In this document: positions 10,013 through 18,502 of the stretch, piece by piece
How positions within the stretch are numbered: position 1 is the stretch's first letter
Layout: each line of letters starts with the position of its first letter
Origin: Candidatus Thorarchaeota archaeon
GTDB lineage: Archaea > Asgardarchaeota > Thorarchaeia > Thorarchaeales > Thorarchaeaceae
DNA: 63,518 nucleotides
Assembly: GCA_019057475.1 (NCBI GenBank)
Contig: DXJO01000013.1
Location: 1-63,518 of the forward strand
Direction: 5' to 3'
Notes under the pieces: model-generated
The model's database searches: none
What the model was told of the DNA's origin: nothing
The model's input: only the letters and a program-made list of their open reading frames with translations
Made by a program: the position numbers and the translations under genes

Positions 10013-10085
10013 ATTGAATCAATGACTCAGGCGAACGGCCTTCTGGGTGCTCTAAATCTTTTCGGTAAGTTCTAGGAGATTGCCG

Positions 10086-10934
10086 CTAGATCCCGACCTT
10101 GAAGATGAGAGCGTCCCTCAATACCCTCTGGAACATTCTGAGAAGGTTCTTCCCTTCAGTGGCTATTGTGGAAAAGATTGGAAACCCCTCTACATCGAGC
10201 ATCCGAACCATGTAATCTACTGGAAGTGCATTCGGCAGATCCCGCTTGTTCAAAGCGATAATGATGGGTATTGTGGCAATACGATCTGTTCCAAGGGCAA
10301 TCCGCAGCTCCTGGATGGAGGCAAGATTCTCGTTCATAGACTCGGGGCGAGAGTCTGCCATGAAAATGAGACCGTCCGTATCTCTCAGTACTGTGATGCG
10401 GCTTCTTGCGTGTCTTCGCTGTCCGGCTACTGTGAAGACGTCAAACACAATCCCCTTGCTTGCAGTTACAGGAATGAAGTCGAAGTAGGTTGTCCGGCCT
10501 AGTTCGTCGGATATCTCGATTATCTTACCCTTTGACAGAGATCTCACGTTGGCAAACAGCCATCTGAGAGCAGTTGTCTTGCCAGATAAGGAAGGGCCAT
10601 AGAAGACTAGTTTGATATGAATGCGACCCTGGTCATCGCGTTTTAGCACTCTTCCAGGAACTATCTCTGCGGTGGTCTGAGGAAGAATATGAGCTTCCTT
10701 CGCCAGCTTAGCGGTTTCTTCTTCGTCAAACTGTAGATCATCGGATGATGTGACAAGGTAACCCATAGGAGGGGGTACACCTCGAGGCACTGCTACAGTG
10801 GTTGAGGGCCTTATCTCATCTACAACGGATGTACTACCTGCAGATTCGACCGACGCAGAAAGATGCCGTTCCGTTTCAGCATCTTCATCCTTTCTCTTCT
10901 TCTTCCGGCCGAACAGCCTCCTCAGCACCGACAA
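10086..10934 (-). CDS. MglA-like small GTPase with ~100-aa N-terminal extension
   Basis: KLVFYGPSLSGKTT, RTTYFDF, FTVAGQ, NKRDL, IATEG. Confidence 0.88.
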   Translation of the reverse strand: MSVLRRLFGRKKKRKDEDAETERHLSASVESAGSTSVVDEIRPSTTVAVPRGVPPPMGYLVTSSDDLQFDEEETAKLAKEAHILPQTTAEIVPGRVLKRDDQGRIHIKLVFYGPSLSGKTTALRWLFANVRSLSKGKIIEISDELGRTTYFDFIPVTASKGIVFDVFTVAGQRRHARSRITVLRDTDGLIFMADSRPESMNENLASIQELRIALGTDRIATIPIIIALNKRDLPNALPVDYMVRMLDVEGFPIFSTIATEGKNLLRMFQRVLRDALIFKVGI

Positions 10935-11044
10935 GCCGCTCCGAGTTCACGAGTGGTTTATGCGACTTAAAGCCTTTAGGGGGATTCATTCCTCCCAAAT
11001 CTTTAGAGAGATTTATCAGCACTAGAGATTCCTCGGTCCGTGTC

Positions 11045-12169
11045 ATGCCAACTGATATCGATCGTGAGTATATCGAGAATCTATTCCCCACTCTCGCAGA
11101 TATGACCTATCTGAACAATGCAGGGACAGGCATTCCACCTAGGACTACAGTGGATGCGATGAAACAACACTTGGCGAATCGGACGGCTGCCAAGGGGAAG
11201 TTCGAGGATACCTTGAGGATGCTCAAGGAAGTTCGAACCCTCCTGGCCAAGCTGCTAGGTGGCGATTACAGCCAATATGGTCTGGTGCCAAACACATCTT
11301 CTGGTGTCAACGCACTTGCACATAGCATCGAGTATCCCAAGGGATCCAATGTTGTCTTGTGTGACCTAGAATTCCCCGCGAACTACGTTCCGTGGCAGAA
11401 CATAAGCAGACTCTATGACGTTGATCTCCGCATTGTTAAGTCCGAACAGGGTGCTGCACCAGTTGATGCCTTCAGGGAGATGATTGATGAGAACACGAGA
11501 GTCGTCGCTGTAAGCCAAATCCAATTTGGTTCGGGCTACCGAACAGACTTGGAATCGCTTGCCGCATCGGTACATGAAGTTGGGGGGTTCTTGGCTGCAG
11601 ACATTATACAAGCGGCCGGCTACATAGATACTGATCTTACGAAAATTGGTGTGGACTTTGCCGCAGGTCAGGCAGCGAAATGGCTCCTAGGACCGATTGG
11701 GGCAGGCTATGTCTACTTGAAGAAGAGCCTCTTTAGCACAGTACGCCCCAAGTTTCTCGGATGGTGGGGAGTGAAGGACATCATGAACTTTTCCTATTCC
11801 ATGAGGGAACACATTCCGGATGCAAGAATGTTCCAGGTTGGTTCACCTGCGGTCATTACGTATGTGGGAATGGTTGAATCATTGAAGGTCATTCATGGAA
11901 TACCAGCCAAGACGAGAGAGAGGACCGCTCTCGATAATGCAGAGTATCTACGCAAGCGACTTGAGGAAAATGGAGTCGAGTACTACGACTTCGGCCCGAA
12001 GCATAACTCCGCCATAGTGTCATGCGCACCTCCTGATGCTGAGAAACTTCTAGAGAAACTCTCCGAGAACAGAATACACTGCTCGGTCCGCAATGGTCGA
12101 TTGAGAGTCGCCCCTCATTTCTACAATTCTCGAACCGACATCGACAAGCTAATGGAGCATCTGAGGTGA
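11045..12169 (+). CDS. PLP-dependent aminotransferase class V fold enzyme
   Basis: YLNNAGTG, LEFPAN, DIIQAAG, AKWLLGPIGAG, RVAPHFYN; lacks the C-terminal Cys loop of SufS/IscS. ATG 11045 preferred over 10802. Confidence 0.88.
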   Translation: MPTDIDREYIENLFPTLADMTYLNNAGTGIPPRTTVDAMKQHLANRTAAKGKFEDTLRMLKEVRTLLAKLLGGDYSQYGLVPNTSSGVNALAHSIEYPKGSNVVLCDLEFPANYVPWQNISRLYDVDLRIVKSEQGAAPVDAFREMIDENTRVVAVSQIQFGSGYRTDLESLAASVHEVGGFLAADIIQAAGYIDTDLTKIGVDFAAGQAAKWLLGPIGAGYVYLKKSLFSTVRPKFLGWWGVKDIMNFSYSMREHIPDARMFQVGSPAVITYVGMVESLKVIHGIPAKTRERTALDNAEYLRKRLEENGVEYYDFGPKHNSAIVSCAPPDAEKLLEKLSENRIHCSVRNGRLRVAPHFYNSRTDIDKLMEHLR

Positions 12170-12173
12170 AGTC

Positions 12174-12854
12174 ATATTCGAACACATCTCTGAACGTATT
12201 CATTTCCTGACTAGTAGAACCTTTGACTCAAACATCACCTTCCTCGATTGTGGTGACAAACAGGTTCTCATAGATACCGGGACCGGTGTAAACGCAGAAC
12301 ATCTTGAGAAATCATTAGCCAAGCTTGGTTCATCAATGGAATCCATCACGGATGTAATTTTGACTCATAGTCATATTGACCACATAGGTGGTGTAGCAAT
12401 CCTGCTTGAGGAAGCCTCACCAAAGCTGCATCTTCATAAAGCCGAGGCAGACATGATTAACAAGGGGGACATGAGCCTTACACTGTCAGATACATTCGGT
12501 GCACGGCTTCCGCCGCTAAAGATAGAAGGTATCTTGGAGGAAGGGGAGGTTGTGCAGTTTGGAGACCTTAACCTCCGCGTCTACAACACACCGGGCCACT
12601 CTATAGGCAGTATATGTCTTGAGATTCTGAATACTGGTATCATGGTCACGGGTGACACCATGTTCTCTGGGGGCAGCTTCGGAAGAGTGGATTTTCCAAC
12701 AGGAAGCCCTCGGCAGTTGGTGGAATCGCTCAGAAGACTATCTGAGATTAGCTTCGAGATAGCTCTTCCTGGCCACATGAATGCAATAAAACATGGCGCA
12801 CAGCGTTCAGCAATCGCATCTTATGAGATGGCACGCGACTGGTTCAAGGTGTAG
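12174..12854 (+). CDS. MBL-fold metallo-hydrolase (glyoxalase II-like)
   Basis: THSHIDHIGG, TPGHSIG, TGD, PGH. The frame extends 54 codons upstream of ATG 12336 and holds DSN...VLIDTG; probable ATA start after GAGGTGA. Confidence 0.85.
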   Translation: MFEHISERIHFLTSRTFDSNITFLDCGDKQVLIDTGTGVNAEHLEKSLAKLGSSMESITDVILTHSHIDHIGGVAILLEEASPKLHLHKAEADMINKGDMSLTLSDTFGARLPPLKIEGILEEGEVVQFGDLNLRVYNTPGHSIGSICLEILNTGIMVTGDTMFSGGSFGRVDFPTGSPRQLVESLRRLSEISFEIALPGHMNAIKHGAQRSAIASYEMARDWFKV

Positions 12855-13860
12855 ATATCGCCTTCAACAACTCTTCTGTAGCAAGAGGGCGCATTTCCGG
12901 CTTTGATTCCACGCTGACTAACCGCTTGGCCTCTAATGCCTTGACGAGGGCGTAGATGGTTTCGCTGAAAGGGGTATCTATCCCAAGCTCTTTTGCTCGT
13001 CGGATGACCTCACCAGTTATCGATTCAATCTCGGTTCGCTTACAGGCGCGAACATCTTGTAACATGGAGTTTGTATTCTCGGCAGTGGCTTTTGCCGTAC
13101 CCAACGTGTACCGTATAGGGTCGCCTGTGGTCAGCTGCACATTCAAAGTATCAGCCACTTGGACTGCCTCTTCGACGAGTTTGACCACCAGATTCCGAAG
13201 AGCCATGTCATCGTGGATTTCTCCGTTCGTGAGGCCGGTCAGGGCTCCTATGGGATTGATACCACAGTTCACAATCGTCTTTGTCCAGACGACTCCCTCA
13301 ATATTATCGGACGATCTTACATCAAAGCCAGCTTGCTTCAAGCGTTTGACAATCTTGTCGACCATCTCACGGTTTTCGGGGAAATGTGAACCAATCTCTG
13401 TGATTCCGCAGCCAGTAGCAGTTATCTCGCCGGGTCCTGTAACCAGAGCACCCATGCAAGTTGTTCCTCTGAGCACTCTAGTGGTGCCAAGGTACTCTGC
13501 CACCTTGACTTCCGTATCAAGACCATTCTGAAGGCATAGAACGTATGCCCCACCATCTACGAGATGACGAATTTGGGATGCCGCTTCGATTGTATCATAC
13601 GCTTTGGTCGTAATGAAGACTAGGTCAGCACTGTGTATGTCCTTGGGGTTTTCCGTGACATCTAGGTGTAGCTCATGGTCGCCAAGTATCCCCGTGATTC
13701 GAAGACCACTATCATGAATAGATTCCATCTGTCGTTTTCTTCCGACGAGAAGAATAACATCCTCGCCGCTCAGACTAAGCAGCCCACCATAGAGACCGCC
13801 AATTGCTCCAGATCCCATGATAACGATTCTCACTTCATTACCTCCCACTTGTAGATGCAT
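12844..13860 (-). CDS. panE: 2-dehydropantoate 2-reductase
   Basis: GSGAIGG, TKAYDT, LQNG, WTKTIVNCGIN, SMLQD, TEIESITG. Confidence 0.93.
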   Translation of the reverse strand: MHLQVGGNEVRIVIMGSGAIGGLYGGLLSLSGEDVILLVGRKRQMESIHDSGLRITGILGDHELHLDVTENPKDIHSADLVFITTKAYDTIEAASQIRHLVDGGAYVLCLQNGLDTEVKVAEYLGTTRVLRGTTCMGALVTGPGEITATGCGITEIGSHFPENREMVDKIVKRLKQAGFDVRSSDNIEGVVWTKTIVNCGINPIGALTGLTNGEIHDDMALRNLVVKLVEEAVQVADTLNVQLTTGDPIRYTLGTAKATAENTNSMLQDVRACKRTEIESITGEVIRRAKELGIDTPFSETIYALVKALEAKRLVSVESKPEMRPLATEELLKAISTP

Positions 13861-14635
13861 TTGCTGTAGGAAACCTGGCCTTGGATTCCAGATGCTCCAT
13901 GATCAGACGTATGGATTCCCGCAAATTCTCTTCATTGCCAAACTCTGACACGATTTGTTCAAGGTCCGATACTGGCGTGTCCTTCATCTCTCGTGCATAC
14001 TTCACCATCAAAGGCAGTGCCCGCACGATATTGTCAACAATCGTAATGTCAGAATAGATTGCTGTTCGGCTCATCGGATTCAAATCGATTGTTAAGACGA
14101 ACTTGTTGACTCGTTTCAGAGCCTCAGTTCGGTCACCGTCCTCAAGAGGGACCAACACAACATCTGCAATTCCAATGCCATCGGGGTCAACCTTTCTTCG
14201 AGTGCTAGATAGCTCCGGTATTGTGGCTGATGGACGGTCATGTGTGCCCAGTACTTCCTTTGCACCAGCAGCCAGAAGGGCCGACTTGATGGCTTCCTCA
14301 CGTTCTGGACGATAGTAAAAAAGATTAATCTCAAGAGGTGCTCCAGTCAGCTCCGAGAGCGAAACAAGATCCTTTGGAACAAGCGCACACGCATTGCCAT
14401 TCACACTGATGACTGGATGATCTGCCATTAACATCGCCGCAACAGCCGCTCGGATTGCTGCATCTGCTTGAGCTGTTGTACGTTCGCCGATGAGGTAGTC
14501 AAATGCCTCTCCGCGCCCATGTGCCAATAAGCCAGCTGTTGCCAGCACGTTGGACTGATGACTTTCAATCACAGTGTCTCTCATATCAAGGGAAGCCTTT
14601 CGAGGATGATCATCAGGAACAATAGTCCGAGTCAT
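13838..14635 (-). CDS. 4-phosphopantoate--beta-alanine ligase (phosphopantothenate synthetase)
   Basis: HPRKASL, AHGRGEAFDYLIGE, SVNGN, VPLEDGDR, IDLNPMSRT. Confidence 0.95.
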   Translation of the reverse strand: MTRTIVPDDHPRKASLDMRDTVIESHQSNVLATAGLLAHGRGEAFDYLIGERTTAQADAAIRAAVAAMLMADHPVISVNGNACALVPKDLVSLSELTGAPLEINLFYYRPEREEAIKSALLAAGAKEVLGTHDRPSATIPELSSTRRKVDPDGIGIADVVLVPLEDGDRTEALKRVNKFVLTIDLNPMSRTAIYSDITIVDNIVRALPLMVKYAREMKDTPVSDLEQIVSEFGNEENLRESIRLIMEHLESKARFPTANASTSGR

Positions 14636-15553
14636 TTAGATCAACCCCGCTCCCTGACCTGCAATGGAGGTCGACATAACTTCCGAGGAATTCCAATGGT
14701 CAGAGAGTATCTTAACAGCTAGAGCTATGTCTGACTCAGCACAAAGACAGAATACCGAGTCACCCAGCATCACCATGCTTGAATCTCCGAGCCCTTGCGA
14801 GGATAAATCCTCAAGTGCAGACTCTACTCTTCCAGTCATCAGGCCAGTTTCATTGGCAAACTCTCTTGAGCATGCTACAAAGGTTTCAACAGTAGGATTT
14901 GACACTACGCGCTTGATCAATGCACCACCGACCATATTGATGCGCGCACGCCATGACGTGTCTGTCAGGAAATTCCTAGTTTCAAGGCCTGCTGCCCCTG
15001 CCAATACAACGTGGGGCATGTTAGCAATTAACATGTTCATTATCTCACCGATGCCAGGAGCGCCAGGTCTAAGCCGTATCTCAAACCCGCCAGCCACCTG
15101 CCCCAGCACGTCTCCCAACCCAGTGTGATTTGTGACCTCTGCGTAATGAGCGTATCTCGCTACCTCTTCCAGCGTCAAATCGTTATTCAGAATATGACCC
15201 AGAGAAATCGATACACTAAGAGCGCCAGCACCAGATGCTCCAAAGCCAACACCAATTGGTAGAGCAGACTCGTGCTGAACTCTGACCTTCATGTTTCTAT
15301 TGTGTTGACTGAGCAATCGTTCTACCACCGTTCTAGTCACTGGAGCATCTATGATCTCATCATTGTATTCCACGATTATCTCGCGGGTGGCCTGTTGTAC
15401 AACAGTCACCGTAGTAACCGTTCCGGCGGTTACAGAGAAACCAGCACCCACAGAACCACGATGAAGGGGATCAGCATGGCCATCATGTATTTCAAAGAGG
15501 CCTGTGATGTGTCCCGGCGCGAAAGCGCGCGCCTTTTTCAGTCGCGAGTTCAA
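14636..15553 (-). CDS. Pantoate kinase (GHMP family)
   Basis: AFAPGHITGLF, GSVGAG, PIGVGFGASGAGAL, TGLGDV, MLGDSVF; adjacent to PPS. Confidence 0.93.
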   Translation of the reverse strand: MNSRLKKARAFAPGHITGLFEIHDGHADPLHRGSVGAGFSVTAGTVTTVTVVQQATREIIVEYNDEIIDAPVTRTVVERLLSQHNRNMKVRVQHESALPIGVGFGASGAGALSVSISLGHILNNDLTLEEVARYAHYAEVTNHTGLGDVLGQVAGGFEIRLRPGAPGIGEIMNMLIANMPHVVLAGAAGLETRNFLTDTSWRARINMVGGALIKRVVSNPTVETFVACSREFANETGLMTGRVESALEDLSSQGLGDSSMVMLGDSVFCLCAESDIALAVKILSDHWNSSEVMSTSIAGQGAGLI

Positions 15554-15662
15554 GGTGTCGGTCGTCCCTTATGAAAAAAAGGTAAGTATAAAGTAATCCA
15601 TGGTAAATGTTAGTTGGTATATACATGTATATGTTTCACCTAAAGAGGCGGGAACAGTAAAA

Positions 15663-16523
15663 TCAATCCTTGTCTAGCGGCACCAAGCTAGTGTATTGCT
15701 TAACTCGTGGATCCTTGGAAGCAGGTGCAGGATAAGCCCAGCGCGCATCTATGTCGCGGCCACTCAGGTCGTAGACACTGAAGCTACCAGAAGACCAAGT
15801 AAGAGGGCTGAAGCCCAGCAATAGGCTCTGAGTTCTCCAACTCATTACAACGAGGTGTCTGTTCATGCCAGCCGTCGGGACAACTAGGAATACGTTTGAA
15901 AGTTCCATTAGTAGAGAGGTGCTTATTCTGTAGAAGAAGCTGTATGCCTTGCGATGCTCTTCAGAGCCTAGATGTCTCAGATCGTTCAGGTACCGCAGGA
16001 TTGTCATGTCGTGTACCGTGGGATCCATGACGTCAGCAAGGTCATCTACGTCAACCGCTACAGATATCTCGAAGTAGTATGCGAGAGGAAACTCTGAAAC
16101 ATGGAACACTATGAACTTGTCTTTGGTGATGGCCTGATAGAGGTGCTGGAAAATGGCTTGTTTTGAGTAGAGCAGTGAGGGGTCCAGCTTTGCCGCTTCA
16201 GCTGTCGCAACTTTATTGGAAACGGTTAGCCTGTACATGTCGTCCAGCATATCACCGTCATACCCTATTCGGACCATATGATATGGCAGTTCTCGCGTTT
16301 TTGGATCGAGTCGTCCGGTAGATTTGAGAAAGTCGTTGAAGTCGCGTTGGAACGTGTCAACTTCACCATCATTGTCAAGGACGAATAGGGACTGGGATGG
16401 TGTTCCGAAAGCTGACACGACACGATCGAAGGATTGGAGTTGTGCCCTCTTCTCTGGTTGGAGCTTATTTGGAATTGCATCCGAATCAGAGGAGGAGTCA
16501 CCCAAGTATTCCGCACCTACCAT
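15663..16523 (-). CDS. Hypothetical protein
   Basis: 286-aa ORF between PoK and coaBC; no recognised motif. Confidence 0.6.
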   Translation of the reverse strand: MVGAEYLGDSSSDSDAIPNKLQPEKRAQLQSFDRVVSAFGTPSQSLFVLDNDGEVDTFQRDFNDFLKSTGRLDPKTRELPYHMVRIGYDGDMLDDMYRLTVSNKVATAEAAKLDPSLLYSKQAIFQHLYQAITKDKFIVFHVSEFPLAYYFEISVAVDVDDLADVMDPTVHDMTILRYLNDLRHLGSEEHRKAYSFFYRISTSLLMELSNVFLVVPTAGMNRHLVVMSWRTQSLLLGFSPLTWSSGSFSVYDLSGRDIDARWAYPAPASKDPRVKQYTSLVPLDKD

Positions 16524-16772
16524 TGTAATGTTGAAACTCTACCACGCCGCTGGAAAGGCCCGCTCCAGTTCCTTCTGTCGCGACTACCAATGCGCGCAAT
16601 CATAGACGGTTTTACCTCTGGGGGTGCCCGTCATTGGCGTACAGGCTTTTCCTTGTTACCTCATATATTCTTTGCCTACAGTCTCATCTTATGGACATAC
16701 ACATGAAATCCTGCACCATAGTCATCTTCGTTCAGTTTATCTGCATGTATTCCGAGGCTTTCGTGAATAAAA

Positions 16773-18023
16773 GTGTCAGCCGAGCATACATCAAAACTGA
16801 TCAAAGGCAGTCTCAGCCAACTCTTGGAAGATAGGACCATCGCTCTTTGTGTTACAGGGAGCGTGGCAGCTGTCGAGTGTGTTGCCCTAGCACGGCGCCT
16901 CATGCGACATGGAGCTGAAGTTTACGCGGTTATGAGTGCAATGGCACAGAAAATAATTCACCCAGACCTGCTTGAGTGGGCAACTGGAAATCCGGTCGTA
17001 ACGGAATTGACCGGCCAGATTGAGCACATAACTCTGGCTGGGAAACACGAAGAGCATGTCGATTTGGTCTTGATTGCGCCGGCAACAGCTAACACCATCG
17101 GCAAGATTGCCAACGGCATTGACGACACGCCAGTGACAACCACGGTCGCTTCAGCGATTGGAGCGGGCATCGAAGTCCTAGTCGTGCCGGCCATGCACGA
17201 ATCCATGTATGATCATCCTGCTGTGATTAAGAACATCGAAGTGCTTAGGGGGATTGGAGTCCACGTAATGAACCCCAAGATGGAAGAGGCGAAGGCGAAG
17301 ATTCCTGAAGTAAATGCTATAGTCAGTGAGGCTATCGCACTTCTCGGGCCTAAGGATCTCCGGGGTCTGCATTTCTTGATCACTGCTGGACCAACTAGAG
17401 GTTGGATTGATAGAGTACGTTTCATCACCAATCCATCTACTGGAAAGATGGGCATTGCCATCGTTGAAGAAGCGAAGGCAAGGGGAGCAGAAGTGACTTT
17501 GATCATGGGACCTACAGGACAAAGGGTGCCCGATAAAGTCAACTTCGAGAGTGTCGACACTTCCAAGGACATGCTTGACGCAGTGATGACGACCCTGTCT
17601 GATGGGGGAGTGAACGTACTTGTGTCGACTGCTGCTGTGCTTGACTACACTCCCGAGAAGACCATTGATAAAAAGATAGAATCGGGCGACAAACTTACAG
17701 TCAAACTGGTCCCAACGAAAAAGATAATCGAAGAAGCTAGAGCGAAGCACAAGGGTCTGTTCATTGTGGGCTTCAAAGTGGAGTCAGGCGTTACCGATGA
17801 GGAATTAGAGAATCGTGCCCACCAGAAAATAGAATCTGGCACTTGCAATTTAGTTATCGCAAACGACGCTCAAAGACCGGGGGTTGCGTTTGGGACGGAT
17901 ACAAATGAGGTTTTGATAGTCGGTCAAAAGGGACTGATTGAGAAAATTCCCATATCGTCAAAGAGAGAGATATCTCGTTACGTGGTGAATGCCATAGTGA
18001 AGGCCCTATCAACACACAAGTAG
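16773..18023 (+). CDS. coaBC: Bifunctional phosphopantothenoylcysteine decarboxylase / synthetase
   Basis: VTGSVAA, APATANTIGK, PAMHESMY, ITAGPT, RFITNPSTGKMG, VGFKVE, IAND. Confidence 0.96.
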   Translation: MSAEHTSKLIKGSLSQLLEDRTIALCVTGSVAAVECVALARRLMRHGAEVYAVMSAMAQKIIHPDLLEWATGNPVVTELTGQIEHITLAGKHEEHVDLVLIAPATANTIGKIANGIDDTPVTTTVASAIGAGIEVLVVPAMHESMYDHPAVIKNIEVLRGIGVHVMNPKMEEAKAKIPEVNAIVSEAIALLGPKDLRGLHFLITAGPTRGWIDRVRFITNPSTGKMGIAIVEEAKARGAEVTLIMGPTGQRVPDKVNFESVDTSKDMLDAVMTTLSDGGVNVLVSTAAVLDYTPEKTIDKKIESGDKLTVKLVPTKKIIEEARAKHKGLFIVGFKVESGVTDEELENRAHQKIESGTCNLVIANDAQRPGVAFGTDTNEVLIVGQKGLIEKIPISSKREISRYVVNAIVKALSTHK

Positions 18024-18041
18024 AAGTGTGTGAACAGTAAG

Positions 18042-18404
18042 TCAGAGAATCTCTAGAAGACTTTTGGCCATCCGCTTCATGTCCACGAAAATGAGACCCA
18101 GCTGAGCATTAACTTTTGCAAGGACAAGGAGGAGTGCGCTGTCACCCACGGATGTGAGAAGAGTGAAACCTCTGTCAGCCTTGACGTATATTTCTATGAG
18201 GGTTCCTCTGTCAAGCTCTCCGGCTGCTTTCTCGCCCAAGGAGAGCATCGCTGCGCTGATGGCAGCCACTCGATCGTGTTCGCTCTCTGGGAGAGCAGAA
18301 GAAATCATGAGCCCATCCATTGACACGAGCGCGGCGCCCTCGACACCAGGCACGGTTTCGAAATCACGAATCGCCTTGTTGATTGTATCTACACGGCTTG
18401 ACAT
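18042..18404 (-). CDS. Roadblock/LC7 (MglB-like) protein
   Basis: GVEGAALVSMDGLMISSALP, RVAAISAAMLSLGE, QLGLIF. Confidence 0.93.
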   Translation of the reverse strand: MSSRVDTINKAIRDFETVPGVEGAALVSMDGLMISSALPESEHDRVAAISAAMLSLGEKAAGELDRGTLIEIYVKADRGFTLLTSVGDSALLLVLAKVNAQLGLIFVDMKRMAKSLLEIL

Positions 18405-18502
18405 TCTTGCATCCTCAGGTCAGTGAAACAAGGGGAAGTTTGGCCCCCTTTGTATAAAGCTTATCCTACTAGATGCATGCGGAAGGCCCTCTTTTGCGCA
18501 AT

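Noticed and set aside
11045-12169. Cysteine desulfurase / selenocysteine lyase feeding SelD
   Set aside because: The persulfide-forming Cys loop is absent, so only the class V fold is supported
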